A stretch of 64,000 nt of DNA from Marsupella aquatica (taxonomy: Eukaryota > Plantae > Marchantiophyta): assembly GCA_973895155.1 (NCBI GenBank), contig OZ316892.1:30138932-30202931 (forward strand), read 5' to 3'. The position numbers were made by a program, and so were the translations under genes. Shown piece after piece: positions 24,535-36,855 of the stretch. Every line of letters begins with the position of its first letter. Position 1 is the stretch's first letter. A model generated the notes under the pieces. The model saw nothing but the letters and a program-made list of their open reading frames with translations, ran no database searches and was not told where the DNA came from.

Positions 24535-26640
24535 TGTCATAGGTATGTTTCTATTCCGCCGCCGGAATGTACCCATAAACCAGTGACTCCTGACTGATTC
24601 CCGGCTTAGGGACTTCTAAGCCATTGCCCCACCACTCTGTCATTCCACTCTCAGCAATCAGAGTTGTGACAGCCCTCACCCAACCCACTTCAATGCACCC
24701 GGTACACCTCTCAGTGGCGCTGCTAGTCCCATCATACACTCAGATTGCCTCATACACACACACACATCCATGAGAGAAATGAGGCCTGAGAGGAAAACTC
24801 AATTAGATTCAAAGATGTGCACAATAGTTCACTGAGAACACTTGATCCGAACACTAGGCCCGAAGGCTGTCTCCTCCAGATTGCGACGTGCTTGCCCTGC
24901 AAGCCCCGTGCTTGCCATGCAAGCTCAATCCTGAACCTGAGCCTGGCTCACTCCAGATTGTGACGGCAGATTGGACTCGAACCAATCCCGTACTTGCCTT
25001 GCAAACTCAATCCTGAACTCAACCTCCTTCACTGCACTTCATTCTTGGGGGCACGTACAGATCTCACACCTCCATTTCAGAACGTCAAGTACGCATGCAC
25101 AGTTGACTCGACTTCAAAGCTGGTACCAGGCCTAACGGCGATCTACTCCAGACTGCAATGAGGCCCGGCCTCATGCTTGCCTTGCAAGCTCAGCTCTGGC
25201 CATAAATCCCTTAGTGCTCTCTACCAGACAAAGGCCGGGACTCCCCATGGATCACGTAGCCTTGCCAGACCAAACTGTAAATGCTCCTTCTGCTGCCCCT
25301 CAATTAGTATCTCAGCCTCCCTAATGTGCTCATCGCAAATCACATTGAAATCCTCCCCACAGTTTACAATCACCAATACATCACCTATCACCAAGACTCT
25401 GTATCGGGGAAAAGAACCCAGTTGTGCTGCCCACTAGAAAGAGCCACAATCCAGCTCGTAAACCTAGCAACCCGTTGCAGCTATGAAGCTTGGCTGATTA
25501 CTCCCTGAGTAATAGCACAACCAAGCTCTCCCCAACACGCAGCGTCCAAGTCTAGCCTTGCTTGCACAGAGCTCCTCCCTGCTGCTCAGTCTAAGTGAGA
25601 TCACACAACTGAAGTCCCCCCTGCCTCTACCGGGGGCTACTCTATATACTCTCATACTGAGCCCAAATGGGTGGATACTACGCTGCTGGAGCCCCATCCC
25701 AGCCCTAACAGAGCCACCACTATCTCTAACTACTGAACCCTAACTCGCAACTTTATTTCTATCTCGAATTGGCTATGTACTTCGGATTCGGCCCTCCTCC
25801 ATGGTTTTTGCGAGCTTGCGCCTCCTCTCCCGATTTCTCTATTCAACCATTTGCTGCGTGGATAGCAACGTTGGAAGTGGCTTGAGCTTCTCTTTCCAAC
25901 GAGGTCAATTATAGCCGATTTGGCCAAATACACAGAAAGTTATGCCCCCGCAACCGAGAGGGGGTACTCATTGCTACGCTAACCCGAGTTACATAGCTAA
26001 CCTGAGTTCGGCTAGCCTAGCTATCCTATCTAACCTTAGAAGAGTTAACCCGTGGCCTCGGGCTAAGCCGCTATCCGTGTCCGTGTCCACTATCCGTGTC
26101 CGTTGTCCGTGTTCGTTGTCTGTGTCCGTTATCCGTGTCCGCTATCTGTGCCTGATGTCTACTATCCGTGTCCGTTGTCCGCTATCCGTTATCCCGGGTT
26201 TAGTCTAACCCCAATCTAAATCCACTAGCCACTAGCCACTATCCGGTATCTGTATCCGCTAACCTCTATTCGCTATCCGCTATCCGTGTCCGCTAACCTC
26301 TATCCGTATGCACTATCCGTGTCCGCTAACCTCTATCCGTATCCGCTATCCGTGTCCGCTAACCTCTATCCGTATCCGCTATCCGCTAACCTAGGATAAG
26401 CTGAGCCCAAACCCGAACTTACCTATGCTAACCCAAGCCCGAGTTTAGGCTAACCCGAGTTCAGTCTAACCCGGGATCAATCTAATCCGAACCCGGGTTA
26501 AGCCTAAGCTGAAGCTGTGCTTACTTGAGCTAAGCTGAAGCCGTGCTCATCTGAGCTAAACTGAAGCCGTGCTCACCTGAGATAAGCCGTGGTCGAGCTT
26601 AGGTTAACCCGAAACCGAAGCCGAATCCGCTAATTCCGGC
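24535..26640. mobile_element. LTR/UTR of a related Gypsy element, nested; right boundary approximate
   Basis: Begins TGTCATAGG; homologous to 17229-17700; contains internal tandem repeats. Confidence 0.55.
26068..26392. repeat. Degenerate (TATCCG/TGTCCG/CGCTAACCTC) tandem array
   Basis: Many copies of ctatccgtgtccg and ccgctaacctctatccgt. Confidence 0.85.
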
Positions 26641-29600
26641 CACAAGTTAACCCGTCACACTAATCAGGCCGTATCTTCCTTAATACACCTCCGTTTCCCG
26701 AGTGTTTTATATCGATTTTACTCGCCTTGACCAGATCTTTCCAATGCTCTTTACAGATCCGGATTTGGTGACATATTGAAAGAGATATGGTCGCCGACCA
26801 CCCGCGACATAGCTTTTATTTCCCTACTCTTAACGCCATGATTGCCCTTATTCTTGCCATCTTGCTAATTGTTATGCAATATCAATAGCTACTCCTTGCA
26901 TACAGCAGCCTAATTAATCAGATTAAAGAATAAGGAGATTAAAGACCATGTCATCGGCGTCACAGACCTGTAAGATTATGCAGACCAATAGACCACCGGT
27001 TGGAGAGTTATGGAGATACTACTATCTCAAGAAGACAGGGGCCAGTCATATCTTCAACCTCAGGTGTTTTGGAACTTCCAGAGTGGAGATGGCACAATTT
27101 GATGAGTTCTGGACTGACTCTCTCTACTTCTGACCTATTCTTGCTGTGATGCTACTTCAGGGTGATGTAGAGGTGGAGGATCCAGATTTAGTTCTGGCAT
27201 ATTTTGGGAATTTTGCAACTTATGCCCTAGATTTTGTGGTTTCTTTTCTCATGCAGAGTAAGAAATCTACTTCTCCCCAGAACGCTTACATCCCTCGAGA
27301 ACCCAAGGTTACCCTTGTTTCAACCAGCTCATTTGCTAAGAAATAGAGGATCTGGAACAATGTCACCTCTCAAACTCTGGCCAGCTTCAACCGGTATTTC
27401 AGAGATGTCAAATAGAGGCTTCAACCTTTCTATTCTAGGATGCTGAACTCTGATGAATTCCTATACCATTATCCCCAATATATGCTGCTACTTGTAATAA
27501 CTATGATGTGATTGGGATGTATAGAGAAGCTCTTCGAATAGACATATGTTATCTAAGGAAGAGAATGCCCCTAATGTATCTTGAAAGACAACTGAGATGC
27601 CTACCCAACTCTCGAGGATCCCCACGCCAGGCTGAACTGATGGAAGTTACACAGAATCGGATTGTCACAGCAGTGGAGCTACTCGAACCAGAAGACATCC
27701 GACAACAAGCTTGAGGAGTAGTCTGTGTTTTTAGTTAGTTTTAAGAGTAGTGCATCTTTCCCTATTTTTCAAAATGTGTTATAGAGCTTTAACAGCTATG
27801 AAACTTATTAAGTGTATAGTCCGTGCATAGGGAAACTCACTGGAAAAATTTCAGAGCTTTCCGAGCTAGGAGTAGAAATTTAGGAATAGTTGAAATCGTT
27901 AAGTTTTTGTATACCGCAATACGCGTTCACAAGTTACGGATTACGACTTATGTCTTTATGCTTTTACGAGTTTATGCCTTTACGCTTTTATGCTTTTACG
28001 GGTTCTCACTTAGCCATTTTCCGGCTTTTCACTTACTGAATTGTTGTTTTGACTTTTTGAGGAGTATGAAGAGGCATGTCTCTTCGACTTTATGACCTCT
28101 TACTCTGTAGATTTTTACTATAAGACCCCTCCACCACTAGTGTAGTTTATGGTTAAGTTATGCATTTTTGCCTCTTCCTAACCCATTGATCATGAATCTA
28201 TGAGTTCGAGATCATGTTTTACAACAGGAGAGACTTACCTCCTTCTTGTGTTTTCACCTCTGATTATAAACACAGGAAGTAAAATTCCACTTGTGCAAAT
28301 CTTTGGAGTTGTGATGATAGATTCCTTTTTGGTGACTCATTGCAATTTCCTAAGTTCTTAGAGTTAACTCATTGAGTTTAAGTCTCATTGAAATCGATGG
28401 ATTTTCTTTCATGCTGCTTAGTACCATCTAAATGTTGAAGTAACTACCTTTTAGATCTTGTCCGAGTACCACTTAGAAAGAAAGACAAGACGTGTTGACG
28501 GCACTTTAAAAGAGTACTCTAGTAAGCATTTTAGATCTGAAAAATAATATGGATTTGAATCCTTAAGTCTTTTTATTTTGACTTAATATGTCTAAGGAGC
28601 AACTTTGGTCAATTCCAGACTCCCTTAGCATACTTTAAGATATTTTCCCTTGTGTTTTGTTAACATTCTCTTTTCATTAATTTATGTTTATACAATGCTA
28701 AGTTACCATTAAAAACTACTCACCGTTGTGGAGCGATCTTCAAAATACCTTAGTAAAGTAATCAAACTTGATTACTATGTGTGGAAAACATCTTAAGTCT
28801 ATTATTTTTGTTTAAATCTATCAAACCAACCCTATCTTGTTCTTTACGGGAACAAATACCGAGTTTGAAGACCATTAAGTGTATTTTTGGTTCTTCATAG
28901 CAAACTATAGCACTTCCTCGGGGAGGGTCGCCGCCCAGCCTTTCCAGGTGTCATCTCTTGTCGGAACGACATTGATGGGGTCAATCTCTTCTTCTTCGGC
29001 TTCTTCCTGCCTCCTGCTCCCTTGCTCGGCTGGCTTCCTTGGTGCCGCCGACCTTGTTCTCTTCGTAGGGGTGGTCTCTTTGTGATAACATGGTTAAGAA
29101 GAAAGGAATAAAGAGAGTGGAAAAATTAAATTTTTTTGCCTTTGAAGCGGAAAAGAAGAACCTTAAATGCTAAGCAAACCATTATTGAAAGTCTAACAAC
29201 CATTCAAGAGATTAAGAGAAGAAAGAGAGGCTCAACCGGAAGAAAATATTTCTTGGTAAAGAGAAGGAAACCGGACCATGAACCGAAAGTCGTAAAATCG
29301 TCTCCGGACGCTATCAAGAAAATCTAACACCAGGTTCTTGAAGCCGAGGCTACGCTCTTTGTCCTGGGGAAAACCCATAAGCATTGGACTCCTGACAGTG
29401 AGCCGGAATCCCTCTTAAGGCCGAACCGGTTTTGCTCTTCTCACACCTCTCAAAGCTGAACAGAGTAAGTTTTGAGCTCCCGAGTGAATAGGCTTGTCGA
29501 AGCAGTAGTGAAAGGAGGCTCTTCCCTTCCGGTTGAGGATCTTGGGTCCGGATTATAGGACCATTCTAGTTTCTATGAGAGAAAGGTATAAGAGAGCCTT

Positions 29601-29922
29601 GACAGACTCGTGTGAGGTGGCAGCCTACTCCTACGCTTGGAGGGAAGGCTGGGGATGTGGAGATTGGCGCTAAGGCCCCCTGTTTTGATAGTTGTCTACT
29701 TCCGGGGCTTGAGCCGGTTTCTGAACCGGAACTGAACCGGTGGCAAACCGGTTTCCGCTATATCTCGCTTGTTGGACGTTCGTTTTTGCTGAAAGTGTGC
29801 TAAGATGGAGAAAGTTGGCTGATATACGCGACGAAGTAATTATAGAGGCTATATTCACTTCTAGCTCCTACCTTCTGCCCTCACCGGTTCAGATCTGTTT
29901 GCTACTCCAACTACCAGGCAGT

Positions 29923-31355
29923 ATGAAGAGTGCCAAGAGCAATCCTTCTTCCAAGACTCAGAGTGGGACTCTAGTAAAGCCTGAAGTACGACGTTCAAAG
30001 AGGAAGGAGGCTCAGATCACCATGAAGCCCTTGAGACCCCTCATTCCTACTGATGCAGTTGAGAAGGAACAGCTCCGAAAAGATCTTACACTAATGGGCT
30101 GTGCCTCCTTGATGGATCTTACTTGGGGATTTCTAAGTGAAGACATGGTGAGGGAAGTGCTGGCAGGAGTTCCTCCCACAGAATTTCAGAAGACTGCACA
30201 AGCTCGACCAGAAGCTTGGACCAAGGCATTCGTTGGAGAAGCTTTTCAACTACCAGTGAAAGGGAGTGGCTTCTGCCCCAGAGGAGAGAATCTTGCAGTG
30301 GAATACTTTGGTGGCAAGATGGATGCCAAAGAAGGATGGACCATCAATCAGTGTACTCACAAGGACCTCAGGAATGTGATGGCATTCCTAGTCCCCCTCA
30401 TCTATCCAGAGAAACCAAGGAGGGTGATTCTTAAAGTAGGAAGTACTATCATTGCTTCCTTCTTCAAAACCAGAGAGGTATCATGGGCCACTATCTTCTC
30501 AAGTGTTCTAGAGAAGCAGGTCTTCGCCCTGTCCAACAGAGCACCCACTGCTCTCTCCTGTTACTTGGTACATCTATACTCTCATGACCAAACCTTATTC
30601 AAACATGAGAAGAGTGCATTTGGCACCAAGAGCAGCTATGTGAAATATGGAGTCTTGGATCCATAAATTCAGAACTTACCAGAGTCTGAAGATGACCAGA
30701 GCCGGAAGAGATCGACTTTGTAGGGCCAACCAGGAAGAGGAAGCTTGACAAAGCTGAACCGGCTTCTGAACCGGTTTCTGACCCGGTTTCCTACCCGATG
30801 AGTGGCGCTACTACCTTTTCAGCCGGTCTTTCACACTCTACCTTACACCATTGTTCTTGTTTATTCAAGGATCTTTCGGCCATCAACACCAAGATGGGAA
30901 TCATGGAACCAGTGCTCTCAAGGCTCTCCCAGGTGACTGGTGTAGCTCCTGCTGACCTTGTGAAGAAAGTGGAGGACCTGATGAAAGGAGATGAGAACAA
31001 GGTCAAGATTGAGCAGCTAGAGAAGTCATTAGAGGAAGAGAAGAAGAAGAACTATCATCTTGAATAGTTGCTGCACAAGGCAAAGGAGAAGACCACAGCG
31101 GAGCAACTACTCTTCGATAACATTTCCAGAGCTATGGATCACCTGGAACCCTTAGTAGAAACCAAGGGAGAGGACCTGGTACAGACCCAACTATTCAGGT
31201 AGTACTTCATTGATGTACCCAATCCCCTTCTCATGCCCTTAGTCATCCAGATTGCACATGACTATGGTGACAAGGTGGAAGAATGCCTCTCTGCCCTCAA
31301 GCTTATCCTTGCTAAACTGAAGAAATTCTATGACCTTTCTGATGAGGAGTAGACT
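29923..31355 (+). pseudogene. Retroelement accessory ORF (same family as 22540) with downstream coiled coil
   Basis: GCASLMDLTW..ARPEAWT..AKEGW..LRNVMAFLVPLIYPEKP..VSWA..YLVHLY, continuing through stops into 30798-31067. Confidence 0.6.
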
Positions 31356-32697
31356 CAATTTGCAGAGAAGGTCACTGTTCCATCTCCACTTGTGACACCA
31401 GCAGAAGGATGGGCTGACTCTCCTGATCTTGATATCACTTCTACCATAGTTACACCCAATTTTCCACCCATTCTGACCTCACCATTTACTACTACCTTTG
31501 GAGGTATCACTTTCATGCCAAACCCTCTCAACTCCATTGACCCAGCAGTAGACTCCACATCGGTGAAGCCCGACACTTCAACTCCTGAAGAGTAAAAAAG
31601 TTATTCCATCCGGAAGTTGAACCGGCTTCCCATCCGATTTCCCACCCGGTTTTTGATCCGGTTTCGTGTTTGAAGCCCTATAAAACTTAGTATAGGAAGA
31701 ATTAGACTTTGAATTTTTGTTGAGCACTTTATCTCATAGTCTAGTTTCAGACTTTAGCATTACTTTTTACTTTTACACTTAGGTTAGGAATTGAAGAGGC
31801 ATACCTCTTCAACTTTTGTTTAGAAGAAACTTGTCCCTAAGTATAAGAGGGAAAGTTTCCACCATTTTACTCAGACTTGCATTTCACTTTTGAAAGTCTC
31901 CTTCTTTGAAGAGAAGTAATAGATTCATAATTTTGGTGATCTATGCTTTGTGTTTGGACATTAGTGTGTGACCATTCTTGCTAGAAAATCTATGGAAAGT
32001 GACTAGCAATGTCATAGTTAACCTTTAGGCTGACTGGAAATGCATGCCTGAGACCATGCAAAGGTCTAAAAATTCATGTTGACTATGGAATACTTATGGC
32101 TTATTAAGTATTAGTGGAAGAAGCACCATACAAGAACTCACAAATTGCGTAGTCCTAAAAGAGCAATCTGAAGGATTGAATAGAAGAATAAGTTAGTTTG
32201 GAGTAATCAGTACCACCTTTGCCTTGACATAGGTCAGAAAGTTAATACGGGCTATCTTATATGCATCTTTTACAAATTCTTAGATGGTTGGCTTTAAAGA
32301 CGAGCTTTAGGCATCAGCCTAATTTAGTCAGACTCTCTGTTGACTCTTAATCGTGCCTAACTTAGTCATAGATTGCTAAGTGGCGAGAGGAGATGAGACA
32401 TTTAAGGCTCGCCTAATCCTATCTTTACGCCTCTGGCTTTTGGTTATTTTCTTATATTTTTTTAGAATTGATTATTGCACTGTTGATGATGCAAACATCA
32501 CAATACCTGAGGATGTATTAAAAACTCCTTCCACCTGACCTAAGCATGTCGGTAAAGGCTTAAAATCTTAGATAGGTTAGCTTAACTATCTCAAAGTATA
32601 TTAATATAATCTTTTAGGTCTCACAAGCTCTTAACGGGAACGAATTCTGGTTGTTTAAGAGGAAAGTAGTTCATATTTCCTTAAACCCTACCCTACA

Positions 32698-33295
32698 CAA
32701 TTGCCCCTACATGATGTTCAGCTCATGCCGCTTAATCCGCAGCTCATCTTGGGCTTTCTTGGCCGCCTTCAGGTCTTCTACCTCGGCTTCCCTTGCCCTA
32801 AGCCGACAGATGACCTCGTCCTTCTTGCTTCTCTCCAAAGCCACCGCTTCTTCTAATTGGCGCTTCTCCAACATTTCCCTCTGAAAAAAGGGTCCCTGCT
32901 CCAACTCCTCCCCAAAGATGCTGAGCGCAAGTTCCCCACACATCTCCCCATACTCCATGGCTCGTTCTTTAGCATAAGCGGAGTGAGTAGAAGTCATCGG
33001 CATCATCCACCGGCCTTTGTTCCCAAGCCGCCTTGCGGATTTCTTCTATTGTGGCTGGAGGGCTGCTTCGTTTTTCTGCAAGCCGCCTGATGTCCTCTGG
33101 CCATTCTCCTCCTGGTGAATCTTTCTCCCTAGCCAGGGCTGCCTCTTCTTCCTCCTTGAGTCGTTCCTGAAATTCTTGTGCCGTCTGTTTTATGCCGTCA
33201 AAGCTCGGGGGAGCAACATCTGGTGGGGGAGACTCGGGGCTGCTCTGCTGGGTCGGGTCCCCTCAAACTACTCTTGGAAGCGTGGGGATGAACCC
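32698..33295 (-). repeat. Second copy of Gypsy internal segment 20635-21238
   Basis: Near-identical nucleotide run; the same peptide MPMTSTHSAYAKERAMEYGEMCGELAL occurs in both. Confidence 0.9.
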
Positions 33296-33297
33296 CC

Positions 33298-33660
33298 TAT
33301 CCAGCAGCGGCTGTTGCTGGATCAAAAAGGCTTTCAATTGGGTTCATGCAAGCCGTGATGGAATTCCTCACGAAGCCCAAAGACATAGTCCTTGACTGGA
33401 CTGTGTGTGATGGTAGCTCATTTTCTGCCGGAGAATTCTCCGGGAGGTTTGTTGTCGGTGTTGAGGACAGGGACATTCTCCATTCCTGTGCTCAAAAAAC
33501 TTTAAACAGTGTTCTTGCGACGCACTCGAGCAAGGCAAAGCAGATTAAGGATCAGGAAGCCAAGGGTAATCAAGACGCTGGGTCGGATGATGAGTTCACG
33601 ATTCCAAGAGATGAACAGGCTGGGCCTTCAAGCGAGAAAGACGAATTCGACCTGGAGTAA
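33298..33660 (+). pseudogene. C-terminal fragment resembling a beta-class N4/N6 DNA methyltransferase SAM-binding region
   Basis: KRLSIGFMQAVMEFLTKPKDIVLDWTVCDGSSFSAGEFSGRFVVGVEDRD aligns by eye to K.P..L...LI...T.PGDIVLDPF.GSGTT..A....GR.FIG.E.D; 5' end truncated by the Gypsy segment. Confidence 0.55.
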
Positions 33661-36539
33661 AGTACTTGGCCTCGTCTGATGTCGGACTCCCTATTTGGTT
33701 TCTTTTGTTTTCTTTATTTTGTTGCTCTTCGTCAACTGATGCCGGTGGTTGTGTCAGTGATAGGAGGGTGGATTGGTTTTCTGAGGAGAGATTTTGTCTT
33801 CGGAAGGAAGTCCAGGAGTCCATTGTGGTTACTCCTGAGAAGCCTTTTACTCTTCCGTGCTATGCTGAGACATCAGCGAGGCAGGTTGATGAAGCTCCTG
33901 TGGTCTTGACTTGGGAGGCGAAAGGACTTCGATCCATGAGAGGTGCTCGAAGATATCTGGATTGTTCAAGGTTTATCGACAATGAGGCGGGGACAGTCCG
34001 TCAGTATTTAGATGAGTCTGCTGAGTCCACGGAGAGGGAGACCAGTAGCGATCCTAGTAGTAGTGACATATCTGATGAATCAGAGGATGAAGTTTATGAC
34101 TGAACAAGTAGGAGCAAGTAGGACTGGATGTACTGGTCGAAGTCGACTCTTACAGTTTTTTGTGTTGAAGTTGTTGGTGATCCACACTTTCAATGTAAAG
34201 AGGTTCCATATTATGATGGAAGTTTCTAGTTTTGGTGATCTTTTTTAGATGAGTAAAACGTGTGTGGCTCAAGTAAATACATATGACAATCATGCATGAT
34301 TTTTCATCGTCATATTCTTTTCATTATTGTAAGAGGTGGAAAACTGAGAATTTTTTTGGCATTGTTTTCATGGAATGTTCGAGAAATTCATCCGCCAAAA
34401 TGCCTCGCTAACAATGTTGCCTCGCTAGCAAAATCTCCTGTTTCCTCACACCGTACAATTCCTCATTAAAAAGTTCCCCTTTCGAATTTCAGCTCGTCAT
34501 TGCCGCAAACACACACAGAAAACACTTTGCCAAGTGCACAACTATGGTCACCAAATACAATCTCATAAGACTGTACATTCATTTAACATCTCGAGCTTTG
34601 ATCCAAATATGCAGCTTCCACTCCTGCTGCTGCTCCTAGATAAAAAAAGTGCCCCTTTTGGATTTCTCCTCGCCCTTGCATTCCCACTTGTTTGCATTGC
34701 CATTGCAAGATTCCCTGCGCTAGCTTTGCTGTTGTTGAGATTTCAACTTGTAGGTATTGAACTCAAATCCCTTCTCACCCACTATGGAAGCCCGTTGCCC
34801 CAAAGGTGCTCACTACTAGCATTGCATTTGTTTCCAAGGACTCACCTTCCCCATAATGCTTGTTTTCCAACCCCACCCCAGATTTTTGTTAAGCCCCCAT
34901 AGTCACTTTCTAGAGGCTTCACTCTAGACGATTGCGCTTTACTAGCAAGATCTTTTGGGATGTAGGGTTTAGCGTTTAGGGTTTAGGTAAACATCGTCAT
35001 GTTTTAGGGTTTAGGGAGCCTCCAATGCTTTCTAGTGTGGGATGGCTTTTAGTGCTTCATTCCATTGCAATCAAGTTTGCGAATTACCTGCATTTCACTC
35101 AAAAGACAATGGGCAAGCTTTCCATACCTTGGGTCCGCCAAACTTATTCGGTGTCTTGATGTCTTCAATCTGGACTCCCTTTTGTCGGCTTAATCAATGA
35201 TGAAGCTGACAATAGCAGCACCAAACAAGGAGCTAAAACGGGAAGTGACTTTGAAGCACAAGTGGAGGCTTCACCACCAAGAGATGATATATGGGCAGGT
35301 TGGGCTCAAAACATCCCACTGGATTTGCAGCTGCAGTAGGATTTTGTCTCTCCAGCCATTTCGCTCTCCCAAGCAGAATTTCCTGTTTGCTCGCATGATA
35401 CAATAGCTGTCAGTTGAATTTTATCTGCCCAGGATTGAGGAAAACAACTATGACATTGGCATCCCATTGTCAAGGACATGCTCAATTTAAAAATCGTGAT
35501 TGTTTGCTGCCTGAATGTTGTTAGGTTAGTTCAAAGGAAGCAGGGTGTCCTTCCACCAGAAGTTCAATGGTAGAATGGTGTCCTTCCACCAGAGTTTTCA
35601 ACATCTTACCCAAGCAAATTCAAACCGAAAAGAAGGGATAACAGGTTCATCTCTCTCAAGACCTTCGACAGACGAATCTACAGCAGAAGCAACAGAAACA
35701 CGCTTATCAACTATTCCTTGCAGAACTATGCTCCCTTCTACGTTCACGTGCATTGTCTATTAGTTCGGATTTCAATCATGCCATCAACGTAGCAAAGTTT
35801 CCTGCCTTGTCCGATAATCATTGCGGATAGCGGTGTACAGCGCATCATTCCCATTCTCACGTAATCTGAGAATTCTTCCCTGCTGAACTTACGCCTTCTC
35901 TAAACCCGGAGTAGTTAACAAGCTTTCGAGCACGATTCAGGACCGTATCTTGCGAATCTTAGAAGCTCAGAGCAGTTGAGTTGCAGATGGAACTTCATAT
36001 ATTTTTCAGTTGAATTCGGACTGGCAACTCGCTTTGAAGCAGAAGAACATGGCCACCTCACTAGAATTGAATTGTCCAATCTCCAACCTAGATCATCGAG
36101 CTGTATAAGATCTGGATACATCCATGAGTCTAGGAGCCAAAGGGCTTCCTCTGCAGGTCAATGAACTCTGAAACTGATTGCTTAAAGTTTTATGCTGGTG
36201 TAGGTTGCCATCGGCGAATTTAATCCCTATGCCCTTGATTTTTCGGAATCCTGTCAGCAAAGTGAGTACCTTCCAGTACCATGCTCACGACAAGGCCGCA
36301 GCTACGTATGCAAACCTTCTTTTAATCTAAAGAAAAAAATTGACAACGATATCAAAAGCACTTTCGACATATCAAGTCAAGAGCTTGATTTCACGCATCT
36401 ATGATTTCGACTCTCAAAACTATGATTTTTGCGTAACATTTCAGCCCTCTTTCAGCCAGACGAGGGCAGTTACAACCCCAAATCGCAAAATCAATGTTAC
36501 AGAATCGCAACAACGAAAACCTGATTGTATCTGCACTGC

Positions 36540-36725
36540 CAGTGAGTACTGCTTTAGAGTCACTTTCCAGCCAGCACAGCTTTTAATCTGGGTTCACGAG
36601 TAATCATCACAAGAACACATTCCATCTTTAAAATGGTGGAACAGATTTGCATCCCTCGCAATAATCTTACGTCCGGTCACCTTAGAGATATACTTGGTTG
36701 CTGAGTGGCAATCTGAACACACCCG
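36540..36725 (-). pseudogene. Diverged duplicate of the DYW C-terminal half plus 3' UTR, just downstream of gene 3
   Basis: [43 protein letters not shown]; flanking UTR 36540-36593 matches 36800-36855. Confidence 0.85.
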
Positions 36726-36855
36726 TATAAGTAAGAACCTTCGGGTAAGCTCACTCAATGCAGAGTATGGAACATTCAACCTGCTTATGTCTGGCTGCCA
36801 GTGAGTATTGCTTACAGTCACTTTCCAGCCAGCCGCAACACACCTTTCAATCTGG

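Noticed and set aside
17229-26640. 17229 and 24535 as the paired LTRs of one intact element
   Set aside because: Too diverged, different lengths, no PBS beside 24535 and no TSD found.
34534-36330. Protein-coding gene downstream of gene 3
   Set aside because: Only short ORFs with no recognisable motif in any frame examined.
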